Source: Candidatus Poribacteria bacterium (GTDB lineage: Bacteria; Poribacteria; WGA-4E; WGA-3G). From it: a stretch of DNA of 64,000 bases. Below the pieces are notes generated by a model, which was given only the letters and a program-made list of their open reading frames with translations, searched no databases and was not told the origin of the DNA. This document shows positions 50,629-60,864 of this stretch, piece by piece. Position 1 is the first letter of the stretch. Each line of letters starts with the position of its first letter. The stretch spans positions 768,001 to 832,000 of the forward strand of contig CAXXUA010000005.1 of assembly GCA_963663765.2 (NCBI GenBank), in the 5' to 3' direction. Both the position numbers and the translations under genes were made by a program.

Positions 50629-52008
50629 CTACGACTTTGTTTGGTAGGCGTGGTGTTGTCGTCTTCGTTTGTTGACATAATGTTCGCTGGTCTGTTTTGA
50701 AATGAGTTCGTAAAGTACAGCCTGTTTCCCCTCTCTTTTTCTTAGAATGCGTCCTAACCGCTGCACATGTTCACGCACACTACCACTACCGGAAACAATA
50801 ATAGCGACATTCGCTTCTGGCACATCTATACCTTCATTTAGCACTTTTGAGGTAACCAGTATAGAATAGGTACCGTCGCGAAATCCGTTCAAAAATGCAT
50901 TTCGTTCTTTGAGTTTCGTTTGATGCGTTAGTACAGGTAGGAAGAAGCGAGTGCCGATTTGATATGCGGTATCGTTGTCCTGCGTAAAGATGATGATGCG
51001 ATCCCCACTATGCCGTTGGATGAGTTTCCACACCCACTCCTGCTTCGTTGTGGAAGCAAAACTAAGCTGCTTCTGTGTGAGATATGCTTTGAATGCGGTG
51101 CGCCCCGCTTCGGATTGTGATGACTTCCACAAAAATGTTTTCCATCCGGATGATGTTCCCATGTTTATCCTTTCGCGCTTAAGGAAGTCCAAATAGGTCT
51201 TGCGTGCTGTTTCATACTGAACCCGTTCTGTGTCCTTCATGTCTACTGCGATTGTAACAACACGATAGGGTGAAAGCGTTTTACCAGAGAGTTCCTGCAC
51301 TTTTGCTTCATAACAACATTCTCCCACAAGTGCGTAGAGTCTGCTCTCTTTGCCATCAACGCGTTCGGGGGTCGCGGTCAATCCTAACCGAAATGGTGCA
51401 ATGCTGCTAATCGCACCATATTGATATTGTTCTCCCGGTAGGTGATGGCACTCGTCAAAGATGGCGAAACCGAAACGGTTCCCGTAATGCGGCGCATGCA
51501 TCACAGCAGATTGATAAGTGGTTACAGTCAGGTCGCATAGTTCGTGTTGTCCACCGCCATATAATCCTACCTCCTGCCCAAAATGTTCCTTGAGGACTTC
51601 GTACCATTGGTGCATCAAATCTATTGTCGGCACATGCACAAGCGTTGGACGTTGTGTTTCTGCAATGAGCAGAACTGCGATGAAGGTCTTGCCAGCACCT
51701 GTTGGTAGACTTACGACACCGCGCTGACCGTTGGCATGCCACGCGTCAATTGCTTCGCTTTGATACGGATACGGGGAGACATGTTTTTGATTGGTGAAGG
51801 TTTTGACTGTGAATTGTCGTGCCGTATCTTCATAAGGGATGTTGTTGGCACGTAGCTGCGAGACAATGCTACGATAGCGATAGGCTGGTGCACGGAAGGT
51901 AAGTGTACGTTCGTCCCACTGGATGTCCGGTAATTGTAGTTGGAGTACATCTGGGACGTTCTGTAGGATGAGCGTGCCTTTGTCAAAGTTTAGTTTGAGT
52001 GGTGCCAT
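50629..52008 (-). CDS. XPB/Rad25-like SF2 helicase
   Basis: LPTGAGKT, FDECHHL, GLTATPER, QRLGRILR; paired with DUF790. Confidence 0.92.
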   Translation of the reverse strand: MAPLKLNFDKGTLILQNVPDVLQLQLPDIQWDERTLTFRAPAYRYRSIVSQLRANNIPYEDTARQFTVKTFTNQKHVSPYPYQSEAIDAWHANGQRGVVSLPTGAGKTFIAVLLIAETQRPTLVHVPTIDLMHQWYEVLKEHFGQEVGLYGGGQHELCDLTVTTYQSAVMHAPHYGNRFGFAIFDECHHLPGEQYQYGAISSIAPFRLGLTATPERVDGKESRLYALVGECCYEAKVQELSGKTLSPYRVVTIAVDMKDTERVQYETARKTYLDFLKRERINMGTSSGWKTFLWKSSQSEAGRTAFKAYLTQKQLSFASTTKQEWVWKLIQRHSGDRIIIFTQDNDTAYQIGTRFFLPVLTHQTKLKERNAFLNGFRDGTYSILVTSKVLNEGIDVPEANVAIIVSGSGSVREHVQRLGRILRKREGKQAVLYELISKQTSEHYVNKRRRQHHAYQTKS

Positions 52009-52062
52009 GATTGGGTCTCAGGTGGAAACGGTATAATGGTGCGATTTTCAACAATTATGATG

Positions 52063-52704
52063 TTAACCGTTATCTGTTTTAGAGTAGGGTTGTGCTCCGA
52101 GTTGTAACAGTGGTTTGTTGTATGATGAATCAAAGGTGTAGACTGGTTTATTCCATTTCAAGAGTGTTTGTGCAAAATCTAAGGTCTTACTACCTTCTGC
52201 GGCATGCGCGATTAAAATTTTACTTGCCAATGCTGCGACAAAGTGATTGCGTTTACCCGCCATTGCGCTATTCTGCTGAGGTTCCTTATGGAATATGGAT
52301 AAGATCAGGAGTCTATCTTGAGATAACGGTTCTTTCCATTCTGGTTTAATTCGCATACTCTCAATACTCCGCGCTGGACTTATAATAATCGGTTGTGAAC
52401 CGCGTAGCAGCACACGCAAGCATTCCCTTTCAATAGGTGAATGAAACCCGCCAACTGTTGAAACCCCTTTATTTTTTAAATCGTGTGCTAAATCGTGTGC
52501 TTTTAAAATGATCTCACCGGGACATTTGTTAGAGCAGAATATTGCCCATACATCTTCTTTTTTAGCGTTGTTTGTTCTGTTAGGTAGTAAATCTATATTT
52601 CCACGCGCCCAAATCGTTTCTGGTGTATCATTCTTCAAGTATACCTGTATAGATGATGGAAAGTTCTTGTCTGTTTGGGTAATGCGTTGAATTGGTTGTG
52701 TCAC
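52063..52704 (-). CDS. DprA/SMF-like SLOG protein (short form)
   Basis: PETIWARGNIDLL, GGFHSPIE, RNHFVAALA. Confidence 0.8.
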   Translation of the reverse strand: MTQPIQRITQTDKNFPSSIQVYLKNDTPETIWARGNIDLLPNRTNNAKKEDVWAIFCSNKCPGEIILKAHDLAHDLKNKGVSTVGGFHSPIERECLRVLLRGSQPIIISPARSIESMRIKPEWKEPLSQDRLLILSIFHKEPQQNSAMAGKRNHFVAALASKILIAHAAEGSKTLDFAQTLLKWNKPVYTFDSSYNKPLLQLGAQPYSKTDNG

Positions 52705-52758
52705 TTTTGAATGCTGATGATATATCTGTTGAATTTTAATGATGTGTTAATCGTTTAC

Positions 52759-52900
52759 CTAATCGTTTAATTCTCGGATGTATTTAGTTCCTCTACCTTT
52801 TCCCACCACGGTCAATAAACCCTTATCTGTCAAATCCCTTAATTCCACATAAGCATAACGAAATGAAATCTTGTTAATTTCTACATATTCCTTGCAAAAG
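52759..52900 (-). pseudogene. Remnant C-terminal winged helix
   Basis: ELRDLTDKGLLTVVGKGRGTKY with no intact upstream gene. Confidence 0.5.
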
Positions 52901-52927
52901 TAGTGAATTTGGTTGACATGGTCTCTT

Positions 52928-53387
52928 TTATGGACTAACAATACGTCCCTGTTTGAGTGTTTCTATCTCATTTAGCAAGTTCTCTATCTGGTTCTGTTGG
53001 GATTCTATTTTCTCGTCTTGGGAATCTTATGTCTTTTTGTTGCATCGCGACGATGATTTGTGGTACTCCAACGACTACTGCTATGAAAGCGACTAAAGTT
53101 ATTACCAAAGCAAAGATTTGGTTTAAACGTTTATCCATTTCCACAATTGTAATATTCACCGGACGAATCTCACTTGCAATCTCTTGAGAAATATGTTCTT
53201 TCATTCGCTTCTCAGTGGTATCTACATATTCTTTCATACGCTTTTCAGATGTTTCAATTTCCTCTTTCACAACTAACCGGATCTTATTCAGGTCCGCATC
53301 TGTTAATTGACAGTAAGCGGTTGTGGTAAAGAGCATAAGTCCACTGATCAAAGTCATCATTAATTTCAATTGTGTCTCCTTCAACAT
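52928..53387 (-). pseudogene. Secreted/membrane coiled-coil protein, frameshifted near 53022
   Basis: The shifted frame restores QDEKIESQQNQIENLLNEIETLKQGRIVSP*. Confidence 0.6.
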
Positions 53388-53401
53388 GGTACTCGTTTAC
53401 T

Positions 53402-53605
53402 TTATTCTTCCCAAAAGTTTTCTACAGGAAACGGTTTGCTGCGTCCTTTTTATATCAACTTAACCCGAATTGTACCCGATCGGCGCGGCGGTGGCATGGT
53501 TATGGCAACATCCCAGTTAAGGATGTCTTCCTCATTGTCCGATGGAAAGGCGCGGCGTTGCGTCTGTTTGTCGTTAGTCGTGTTTGTGCGTTGTGGTGTT
53601 TTCAA
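53402..53605 (-). pseudogene. Decayed copy of 54673-54876 (TAT>TAA stop)
   Basis: Colinear 204-bp duplicate with a premature stop. Confidence 0.75.
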
Positions 53606-53646
53606 GATATTTTGTTCTCCTTTTACATAACAATTTTAACAGGAGC

Positions 53647-53780
53647 CTAGTGCTTAGTCAACATATTTTCGTAGGTCATGAATCGGAGATTGCTCCTACA
53701 GAAATCTTGGTATTGTAGGAGGGAACTCCGATTCCCGACTTCTTTTTAGCCCCATCAATAAACACTTGACTAAGCACTAG
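53647..53780. mobile_element. MITE with TIR CTAGTGCTTAGTCAA carrying two REPs
   Basis: Perfect 15-bp inverted ends. Confidence 0.8.
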
Positions 53781-53853
53781 ATTAGAATCGTTCACTTTTC
53801 CGACAGATCAACTTCCTATTCTTCCAAATTACAAGAACGTGAAAAACGATTAT

Positions 53854-54165
53854 CTAATCAAAGTCGTGATTGTGAGTTCGTTGAATATTACCATTTTTAT
53901 GGCAGACAACAAACTCAGTTTTCTGATTTCGACTCACCTGCCGTCCATACGCCACAGCACCCTTTTTGGTATCAAAGTGTTTCAATGCTCTCAAAGCGTT
54001 GCCGCGTACTACATCCCAACCTCCATCAGGATTGGAAACGACGTAATGTTCTTTCTCAGTACGACTGTAAACAACAGCCTCTACTGAACGCCGAACTTCA
54101 ACTCTTGAGAGTTTCCCGCGTTTCGGAGTGCTTTTGACAATTCTTTTTCTTCCCATTGTAATCAC
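53854..54165 (-). CDS. DUF2188 family protein
   Basis: HYVVSNPDGGWDV...HFDTKKGAVAYGR...HKNG. Confidence 0.8.
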   Translation of the reverse strand: MITMGRKRIVKSTPKRGKLSRVEVRRSVEAVVYSRTEKEHYVVSNPDGGWDVVRGNALRALKHFDTKKGAVAYGRQVSRNQKTEFVVCHKNGNIQRTHNHDFD

Positions 54166-54261
54166 CTCTCTTAGTCGTAATTCAAGAACTTAATCACTCG
54201 TAATCTTTAACCATTCCTCAATCACCAAAGTATAATCATTAAAAACCATCTCTTCAACTAT

Positions 54262-54637
54262 CAATACCTTCGCCAATAAATTACATTCTGTCAGATTGTG
54301 CGGGCAGTTGTAGCACATTCTTCCAGATTGTGTGGTCCGTTGTAGCACATTCTTCCAGATTGTGTGGTCCGTTGTAGCACATTCTTCCAGATTGTGTGGT
54401 CCGTTGTAGCACATTCTTCCAGATTGTGCGGTCAGTTGTAGCACATTCTTCCAGATTGTGCATATAAATTATTCTGTCAGATTCTATCGTCAAATTAGAC
54501 GCTATGATAAATAAAAATACTTCAACGAAAACCTGAAGTTATTTTTATTTATGTAATCCTAACAATATCACAGAGCAATGGTAGATCAACACTATATACT
54601 CATTCAACTGAAGCACTCAAAAATGGCGAAGGTATTG
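54262..54637. mobile_element. CAATACCTTCGCCA-TIR MITE with a 32-bp REP array (54283-54461)
   Basis: Perfect 14-bp TIRs; homologous to 36764-37513. Confidence 0.88.
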
Positions 54638-54672
54638 ATTATAGTGAGGTGATTTCATGAATTGTCAATTGC

Positions 54673-54876
54673 CTATTCTTCCCAAGGATTTTCTACCGGA
54701 ATTGGTTTGCTGCGTCCTTTATATATCAACTTAACCCGGATTGTCCCCGATCGGCGCGGCGGTGGCATGGTTATAGCAGCATCCCAGTCAAGGATGTCTT
54801 CCTCATTGTAAGTTGGAAAAGCGAGACGTTGCGTCTGTTTGTCATTAGATGTGTTTGTGTGTTTTGGTGTTTTCAT
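54673..54876 (-). CDS. Small hypothetical protein (67 aa)
   Basis: AAGGAG RBS; duplicated at 53402-53605. Confidence 0.65.
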   Translation of the reverse strand: MKTPKHTNTSNDKQTQRLAFPTYNEEDILDWDAAITMPPPRRSGTIRVKLIYKGRSKPIPVENPWEE

Positions 54877-54944
54877 GAGATGTATAGTTGCTCCTTTGCG
54901 AACAATTTTAACAGAAACTGATGATAATGGCAAATGATTTACTC

Positions 54945-56498
54945 TCATTCTGTATCTTTTTGAAAATGCCTACGTATAAACTCTGTTACCTCAATACCTA
55001 ATAATTTCTTTTTGCCTCCTTCAGTTTTGACGTGAAGTTCCCCCTTACCTGTATAAAAAATGTCCCTTCTTTGCGGAGGTGAGACTAAAAGTTCAACAAC
55101 CCATAAATCTTCTATAGTTTCTCCTGGCAAGTCATAGACATTATGAAATTCAAGGTGCCAGTCATCAACGCTAATTGGGGGACGTATTGCCCCAAGTTTT
55201 TCAGAGACTATACGACGAACTTCATCTCTCTGTTCTTCGTCAAGCTTTACACCTACTGTGATTCTATCGTTATTCCTTACACCCCAGAAAATTCGTCCAC
55301 CTTCGCGATTAAGAAAGGCAACAGCGTATATATCAGAAGTATCCGTGATGGAGCGAGAGGCATTTCCACCCACGATTTCCTTAAACTCGTAGAAGCGTGT
55401 TTCCTCAAAAGGGAGAGGTTGATCCAAAACAAAACGAATATGTGTCGGTTCAGTAAGGTTGTCAGCGTCTGTGGCACGCGCTAAGTATTCTTCAGCTAAC
55501 TGTTTGTTTGCACGTAATTCGGGAATTTCATCTTCCACATCGAGGACAATACCTTCTTCAAAACAATCAATCGCTTTTTGAAATTGTTCTGATCTGAGAA
55601 AAGCCAAGCCTTTATTATTCAATACGATTGCTTTACTAATCGGATCTATTACTGCGCTTAATGCTTTATCAAACATTTCATGTGCAAATTGAAACTCCCC
55701 AAGATGCATCAATGCTATTCCATCTTGCGAGAAAACCATTGGATTAACAGCCGAAGTCAATTCTCCAGCACGTAAATCCTCTGCTGCTTTAAATAAGGAA
55801 TAGTTTCCCCCTCCAATTGCCTCAACGTACTTTTCTTGCGCAGTTGCTAACCTCACTTGCGTACGAACTAGTGCTACCCGAACTCCGAGTTTAGCGTAGA
55901 GAAAACAGTAAGAAAGAACTTTCATATCGGCAATAAGGTTTTCTAATAATGGTGTTATGAACTGTGAATTAAGGATTTGAGTTAACCATTCTCGTGTTTC
56001 ATCCGAGGAATCCAACTGATCTGAACTTGACATCATTTGACGAAATATCTCCGTGTCACTATACAAAGCGAAAAGCAAAGCTGAAGGTGATGCAAGTAAT
56101 ATTCTCCCAATTGGCAGTTTATCTTCATCAGTTTGATATGCAGAATCAAGATAAAAGCGACTAAGCACATAATCAATTAATTCAAAGTCAATTCTTGCAA
56201 AGTAATACTCTGAAGTAATAAACTGTTCAATCTGTTCTTTATGCTCTTCCTTATTTGATAGAAATTCTTTAACCAATTGTGCAAAAGTTTCAATATCTTT
56301 TCTGATAACATACTGGTCTACTTGATCTTGATTTACTTTTTCACAGATATTGTCTGAGACAAGCGTTGTAAGTTGTTCCTCTAAATCTTCCAACGATTCG
56401 CCAATCTTATTACAAATTGCATCAGAATCTTTAGGATCGCTATCAAGTAGACTCAATACAATCTTTTTACGAATTAAATCGTCCATAACCTCTTCCAT
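54945..56498 (-). CDS. TPR + Schlafen (AlbA_2) domain protein
   Basis: TPR LNNKGLAF; EETRFYEFKE...AFLNREGGRIFWGV. Confidence 0.85.
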   Translation of the reverse strand: MEEVMDDLIRKKIVLSLLDSDPKDSDAICNKIGESLEDLEEQLTTLVSDNICEKVNQDQVDQYVIRKDIETFAQLVKEFLSNKEEHKEQIEQFITSEYYFARIDFELIDYVLSRFYLDSAYQTDEDKLPIGRILLASPSALLFALYSDTEIFRQMMSSSDQLDSSDETREWLTQILNSQFITPLLENLIADMKVLSYCFLYAKLGVRVALVRTQVRLATAQEKYVEAIGGGNYSLFKAAEDLRAGELTSAVNPMVFSQDGIALMHLGEFQFAHEMFDKALSAVIDPISKAIVLNNKGLAFLRSEQFQKAIDCFEEGIVLDVEDEIPELRANKQLAEEYLARATDADNLTEPTHIRFVLDQPLPFEETRFYEFKEIVGGNASRSITDTSDIYAVAFLNREGGRIFWGVRNNDRITVGVKLDEEQRDEVRRIVSEKLGAIRPPISVDDWHLEFHNVYDLPGETIEDLWVVELLVSPPQRRDIFYTGKGELHVKTEGGKKKLLGIEVTEFIRRHFQKDTE

Positions 56499-56520
56499 GT
56501 TTGAGTAATTGCTCTAGACT

Positions 56521-59500
56521 TCAACCGGATGTAAAATATTTTAAACCCATACGATATTTGAAATCGTAGTTGATGATAAAATCCAATTCTTCCTCTGTGA
56601 AGCAGTAATGTTGAGCTAACTCACGGTCTATATCATCAATAATGTGTTTGGACAGTGCGGGATAAAAGGAATCAAACTGTGTCAAAACACCTCTGACAAC
56701 TCGTTTATATATTTTGGAATTCTTCCTAAGGTCCGTCATTAAGGAATCTGAAAGTTGACGAAAAGTTTCAATTGATTCATGTGAGAATCCAGACAGATCA
56801 ACCCTTGAACGATCAATGTCAGTAAATGTTAAATCTCTACAATTAGTAAAATGCCAATTCCACCAATAAAACAAATTGCTATTAAGAAAACATAAAACAA
56901 CTTTGGATATATCCTTATCAAAATACAAAGATTTAATGTGTGATGATTTTTTTGGTCTTTCATTACCAACTTGGTAGAATGGAATGAAATCAAGAACCTT
57001 TCCCCAGTGGACTGGCGCATTATGATAATATATCGCTGAATCCTCGATTCCTCTTTTGTGTCGCCACTTTCCTAAAGTTGGTTTTTCAAAAACTTTCTTC
57101 AGAACTGATTCTTCTAAAGAACTAGACAGCTTTGAATTTGCTGGTAAATAGACTAAATCCTCAATAGAATGGCTTTGGAGAATTGCATTAAAAAGGAATT
57201 CTCTTTCTGAATTGAACCACTTGAGAAATCGAGTTGTTGAAATAACTTTTGAACATGAACGACGATTAACAAATATCATCAGACGATACCTAACACCAGT
57301 AAACAATGATGCTGGTTGATCTGATGCTGAAAAATAACTCAAATGGTTTTCTGAATAAGATTTCAAAAGTAAGGTTCTAAGACTGCACATTTTTTCTGTA
57401 GAATATCCGTTCAATGGTATAATCATAGAAAAACTTCCAGACTTATTGTTGAGAAAAGATGACCTCTCACAGCACAATGCAAACAAGTCCCTACACTCAA
57501 TGGTATTATAATTGACAGGGGAGTAGTTGATTTTGTTTATTGACCTATAAGGCGGATTACCGATAATCACATCAAAACCACCATCTTGAAGGATACCGTA
57601 AAACGCAATAAACCAGTGAAAAGGATTGTGTGATTTTTTCCATTCTTGATATTTTGATTGATCGTTTTTGTCTATTGCGTATACAAAAGCAAGGTATTCA
57701 TTGAGTTCGTCCTCTAATTCCATTAGTCTACCCTGCAAATTCTGTTTGTCTTCAGGTGTTACAACACCACCATGGGTTGTCTGCTGATCGCGAAATTCGT
57801 CATATAGCTTTTTTATGTCCTTCGCTTTATCTTCAATCCGTTGCATTGTGTCGTCAAAGTGAGAGTCAAGTCTTTCCGTCACTGCTTTTTCTACTTCTTC
57901 ATAAGTTGCGAAACCGACGAGGGTATTACCTGCTTGAATGTTAAAGTCAATATCTGGTAGCGGTTCAATATCCTTGACATTGTCAATCTGTGCGACCATT
58001 TTGAGGAAGAGTCTAAGTTTGCAAATTTCAATTGCCTCGTCCATGATGTCTACGCCGTATAGGTTATGGATGATGATAGATTTCAGGACAAAGTACTTGT
58101 GGTTGGGATGTTGGTTTATTTTTTTAAGAACTTCGTGGAAATCACTGTATTTTTTGGGATGCGGTTTTTCATCAGATAGTTTTAACTCATCAACGAAAAC
58201 CTGCATGCGATTGAGGCATGCCTCATAAAGCGGTTCAAGTATGTTGAGAGCGGCGAATAGGAACGCCCCGGAGCCACAGGTTGGGTCAAGTACTGTTACT
58301 TTTGTGATGGCTTTCCAAAAGGCACGGAGTAGTTCCGGTCCCTCACAGTTTTCTATGACATCCTGTGCAAATTGACGGATGTTGAGATTATAGGTAATCA
58401 GGTCGTTGATGTTTTTAATCTCTCCGTTTGCAAGTTTGGAGCGGACGGTTTCATAACGTTGCCTACGTGCGACAACCTCTCGCCAAATTTCTGTCGGCAG
58501 TGCGATCTCATCAACGCCATCAGGGGCACGTTCATTCCACTTTGTACGTTCAGACACTTTATCAATGCCGATAGCGATATCCTCTGGTAAATCTAAATCA
58601 GTGCCTTTTTTGACTGCATCGTATATATACTTATCAGGGTTTTCTTGTAGAAGTTTCCAAACGAAAGTGTTCCCATCAAAAGCAATTTTACACTTCTCGC
58701 GTGCTTTATCAAAGAGGAATGGAATGATGGTGTTTTTGCTGATGTATTCTGTGATGTCCTCTTTGGTGTAGTATGCCCCCATCTGTTTCTGGTTGATGTA
58801 TTTTTCGAAGATGTAGCCAAGCACATCGGGGTTAATTTCGTTATCGTTTCGCAGTGGACGGTCATCAAGGTGCCAGTCGTATTGCTCAAAAAAGTTAAAA
58901 ATCTGTTCAAATGCAGTATCAGGGATTTCAATGTTTTCACCGTGAAGTGTCTCAAGTTGGTGTTTTTGGAATATGCCGCCGTTGAGGTAAGGGATTTTTC
59001 CGAGCAGTCTACTCATTTCAGGAGTGCGTTCGTCTTCTGGTTTGGCAAATCCTTCAAAGAAAAGTGGACACAGGAATTCTTTGTAATAAAGATCCGTACC
59101 TTTTTCTTGTGTTTCTCTTAGCTTCGTTTGCAGATAGTTTATATCACTATTCAGAAAACCTTTCTTTTGTATGAAGTAGATAAACATGAGGCGGTTGAGC
59201 ATCACAGAGACATACCACTTTTGCATCTCTTCATCGGGAATCCCGCTGAGGAATTCGAGAAATGCATCGTGTTCCTTCTTGAAACGGTCATAAAACTTTT
59301 TGGTGACCTTTTCAACGTCAAAACTTGCATGAACACGTCCAGTTACATCAAAAAGCGTTAGTCCCTCTTCTTCTTCAAGGGGAATGACAATGTTTTGCAG
59401 TTTTTGTATGAGCGATTCTCCGGATTGCCAATTTTCGTACCGGTGTTCACGACATGCGTCCGGTTTGCCTTGTTCCTTTTTTACCCACTGCCATATTTGT

Positions 59501-59796
59501 ATAGATTTATCGGTGTTTGCATATATGATTAAGTTCTCGTAAGAAGTTTTTGCGACCTGTTTTTGTATCTTGCGGCGGGTGGCATAATCTGGAATGTTTT
59601 CCTGAGATATAGGTTGTGGACATTCGTAGACTGCCATACCGCGTTTCTGTGCAATTGCGGTAAGTATGTATTCGGTTTCATCTACTACTATTGGCAGGGT
59701 TTGCGTATGATTCTCCCAACCGAGAGTTTGCGTAAAGAGATCTTCAAATTCGGATTCCCTAAGGTATTGGCGTGTTTCGTTGAGGTTAATTTGCAT
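56521..59796 (-). CDS. Eco57I/type IIG-like N6-adenine DNA methyltransferase with C-terminal TRD
   Basis: YLNGGIF, GAYYT, DPTCGSGAF, YGVDI, IGNPPY. Confidence 0.92.
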   Translation of the reverse strand: MQINLNETRQYLRESEFEDLFTQTLGWENHTQTLPIVVDETEYILTAIAQKRGMAVYECPQPISQENIPDYATRRKIQKQVAKTSYENLIIYANTDKSIQIWQWVKKEQGKPDACREHRYENWQSGESLIQKLQNIVIPLEEEEGLTLFDVTGRVHASFDVEKVTKKFYDRFKKEHDAFLEFLSGIPDEEMQKWYVSVMLNRLMFIYFIQKKGFLNSDINYLQTKLRETQEKGTDLYYKEFLCPLFFEGFAKPEDERTPEMSRLLGKIPYLNGGIFQKHQLETLHGENIEIPDTAFEQIFNFFEQYDWHLDDRPLRNDNEINPDVLGYIFEKYINQKQMGAYYTKEDITEYISKNTIIPFLFDKAREKCKIAFDGNTFVWKLLQENPDKYIYDAVKKGTDLDLPEDIAIGIDKVSERTKWNERAPDGVDEIALPTEIWREVVARRQRYETVRSKLANGEIKNINDLITYNLNIRQFAQDVIENCEGPELLRAFWKAITKVTVLDPTCGSGAFLFAALNILEPLYEACLNRMQVFVDELKLSDEKPHPKKYSDFHEVLKKINQHPNHKYFVLKSIIIHNLYGVDIMDEAIEICKLRLFLKMVAQIDNVKDIEPLPDIDFNIQAGNTLVGFATYEEVEKAVTERLDSHFDDTMQRIEDKAKDIKKLYDEFRDQQTTHGGVVTPEDKQNLQGRLMELEDELNEYLAFVYAIDKNDQSKYQEWKKSHNPFHWFIAFYGILQDGGFDVIIGNPPYRSINKINYSPVNYNTIECRDLFALCCERSSFLNNKSGSFSMIIPLNGYSTEKMCSLRTLLLKSYSENHLSYFSASDQPASLFTGVRYRLMIFVNRRSCSKVISTTRFLKWFNSEREFLFNAILQSHSIEDLVYLPANSKLSSSLEESVLKKVFEKPTLGKWRHKRGIEDSAIYYHNAPVHWGKVLDFIPFYQVGNERPKKSSHIKSLYFDKDISKVVLCFLNSNLFYWWNWHFTNCRDLTFTDIDRSRVDLSGFSHESIETFRQLSDSLMTDLRKNSKIYKRVVRGVLTQFDSFYPALSKHIIDDIDRELAQHYCFTEEELDFIINYDFKYRMGLKYFTSG

Positions 59797-59825
59797 AGGT
59801 TTAAAATGGGATTAGGGCAGTATAG

Positions 59826-60107
59826 TTAATAAATATCACCACGATTGTCAATTTGTATAATACGGATTGTTCTATTCTCTCTATCGACTCGGTAAATGAA
59901 ACGAATGTCCCCTATCCGATAGCGATAACTTTCTCTCTTTGCTCCACGTAATCGTTTAATTATCGTTGAATTTTCGTGTTGAAATGGGGATCTGACGATG
60001 TATTCAAAAGCACCATTAATTCGTTCCTGCGTCACCCGGTCTCGTTTTCTGATAAAATTCACGACTTTTCCTGGAAGGGATTCAAGTCTATATGACTGTT
60101 GATTCAC
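59826..60107 (-). CDS. RelE/ParE family toxin
   Basis: IKRLRG...YRYRIGDIRFIY...RGDIY. Confidence 0.88.
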   Translation of the reverse strand: MNQQSYRLESLPGKVVNFIRKRDRVTQERINGAFEYIVRSPFQHENSTIIKRLRGAKRESYRYRIGDIRFIYRVDRENRTIRIIQIDNRGDIY

Positions 60108-60433
60108 AGACCGATCTCCTCCTTAATCTGTGCCCATGGTATTCCACCGCCAGCATCCAATTCCTGTTCTGCCTGTGCCATATCAGCCAAGACGTTCGGT
60201 TCTGAGTTGATTAAAGCGGTTTCACGCCATTCGGAGAGAAAAATAGAGAGTGTATCTGCGTTTTTTTTGCCTTCCGAGATTTGTGTTAGCATCTTAAATA
60301 ATTCAGCAAAAAATTCAACAAGTTCTTCTGAATCTAACCATTTTATCCAATCAAAGGTTTTTAATAGTGTAACAGATTTGACAGATAATTCATCGTTTAT
60401 GAGGTGTCCAACGACAAGTTTTGATTTTTTCAT
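60104..60433 (-). CDS. Putative antitoxin
   Basis: GTGA overlap with the toxin; EWRETA, IPWAQIKEEIGL. Confidence 0.75.
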   Translation of the reverse strand: MKKSKLVVGHLINDELSVKSVTLLKTFDWIKWLDSEELVEFFAELFKMLTQISEGKKNADTLSIFLSEWRETALINSEPNVLADMAQAEQELDAGGGIPWAQIKEEIGL

Positions 60434-60506
60434 CTGATACCTCCAAAGATAAAGTTATGTTAATATCTATTATACAGGTTTTTGCTTTGAGATTCAACAC
60501 TTGTAT

Positions 60507-60845
60507 TAGGGTTATTCAGTTTTAGGTATTTTTGATAAGTATTTACTATAACGTTAATATTATATGTTGCCATCTTGTCCAGTTCTTTAGTCCCGTAGGG
60601 ACGATATGTTTATAGATAAATGTTATCTACCCCTCTTGAGTTCCGTAGGAACGGCATAGAAGAATAAACATATCGTCCCTACCAAATCAACGCCAAATGC
60701 GCGTGTGGCATTTGGCAGGACTAAAGACCGATGTTCATGTTTCAATTTTCTAAAATTGATGTGTAAGGTGCAGTTAGGACCTCATTTGGGTATTAACTTT
60801 CAGTAAATCTCAATAACAGAAAACTTTTAAAACTGAATAACCCTG
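60507..60845. mobile_element. CAGGGTTATT-type MITE with REPs and a type-2 micro-insertion (60683-60716)
   Basis: TIRs; TSD (c/t)ACTTGTAT. Confidence 0.85.
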
Positions 60846-60864
60846 TACTTGTATAGATTACTTC

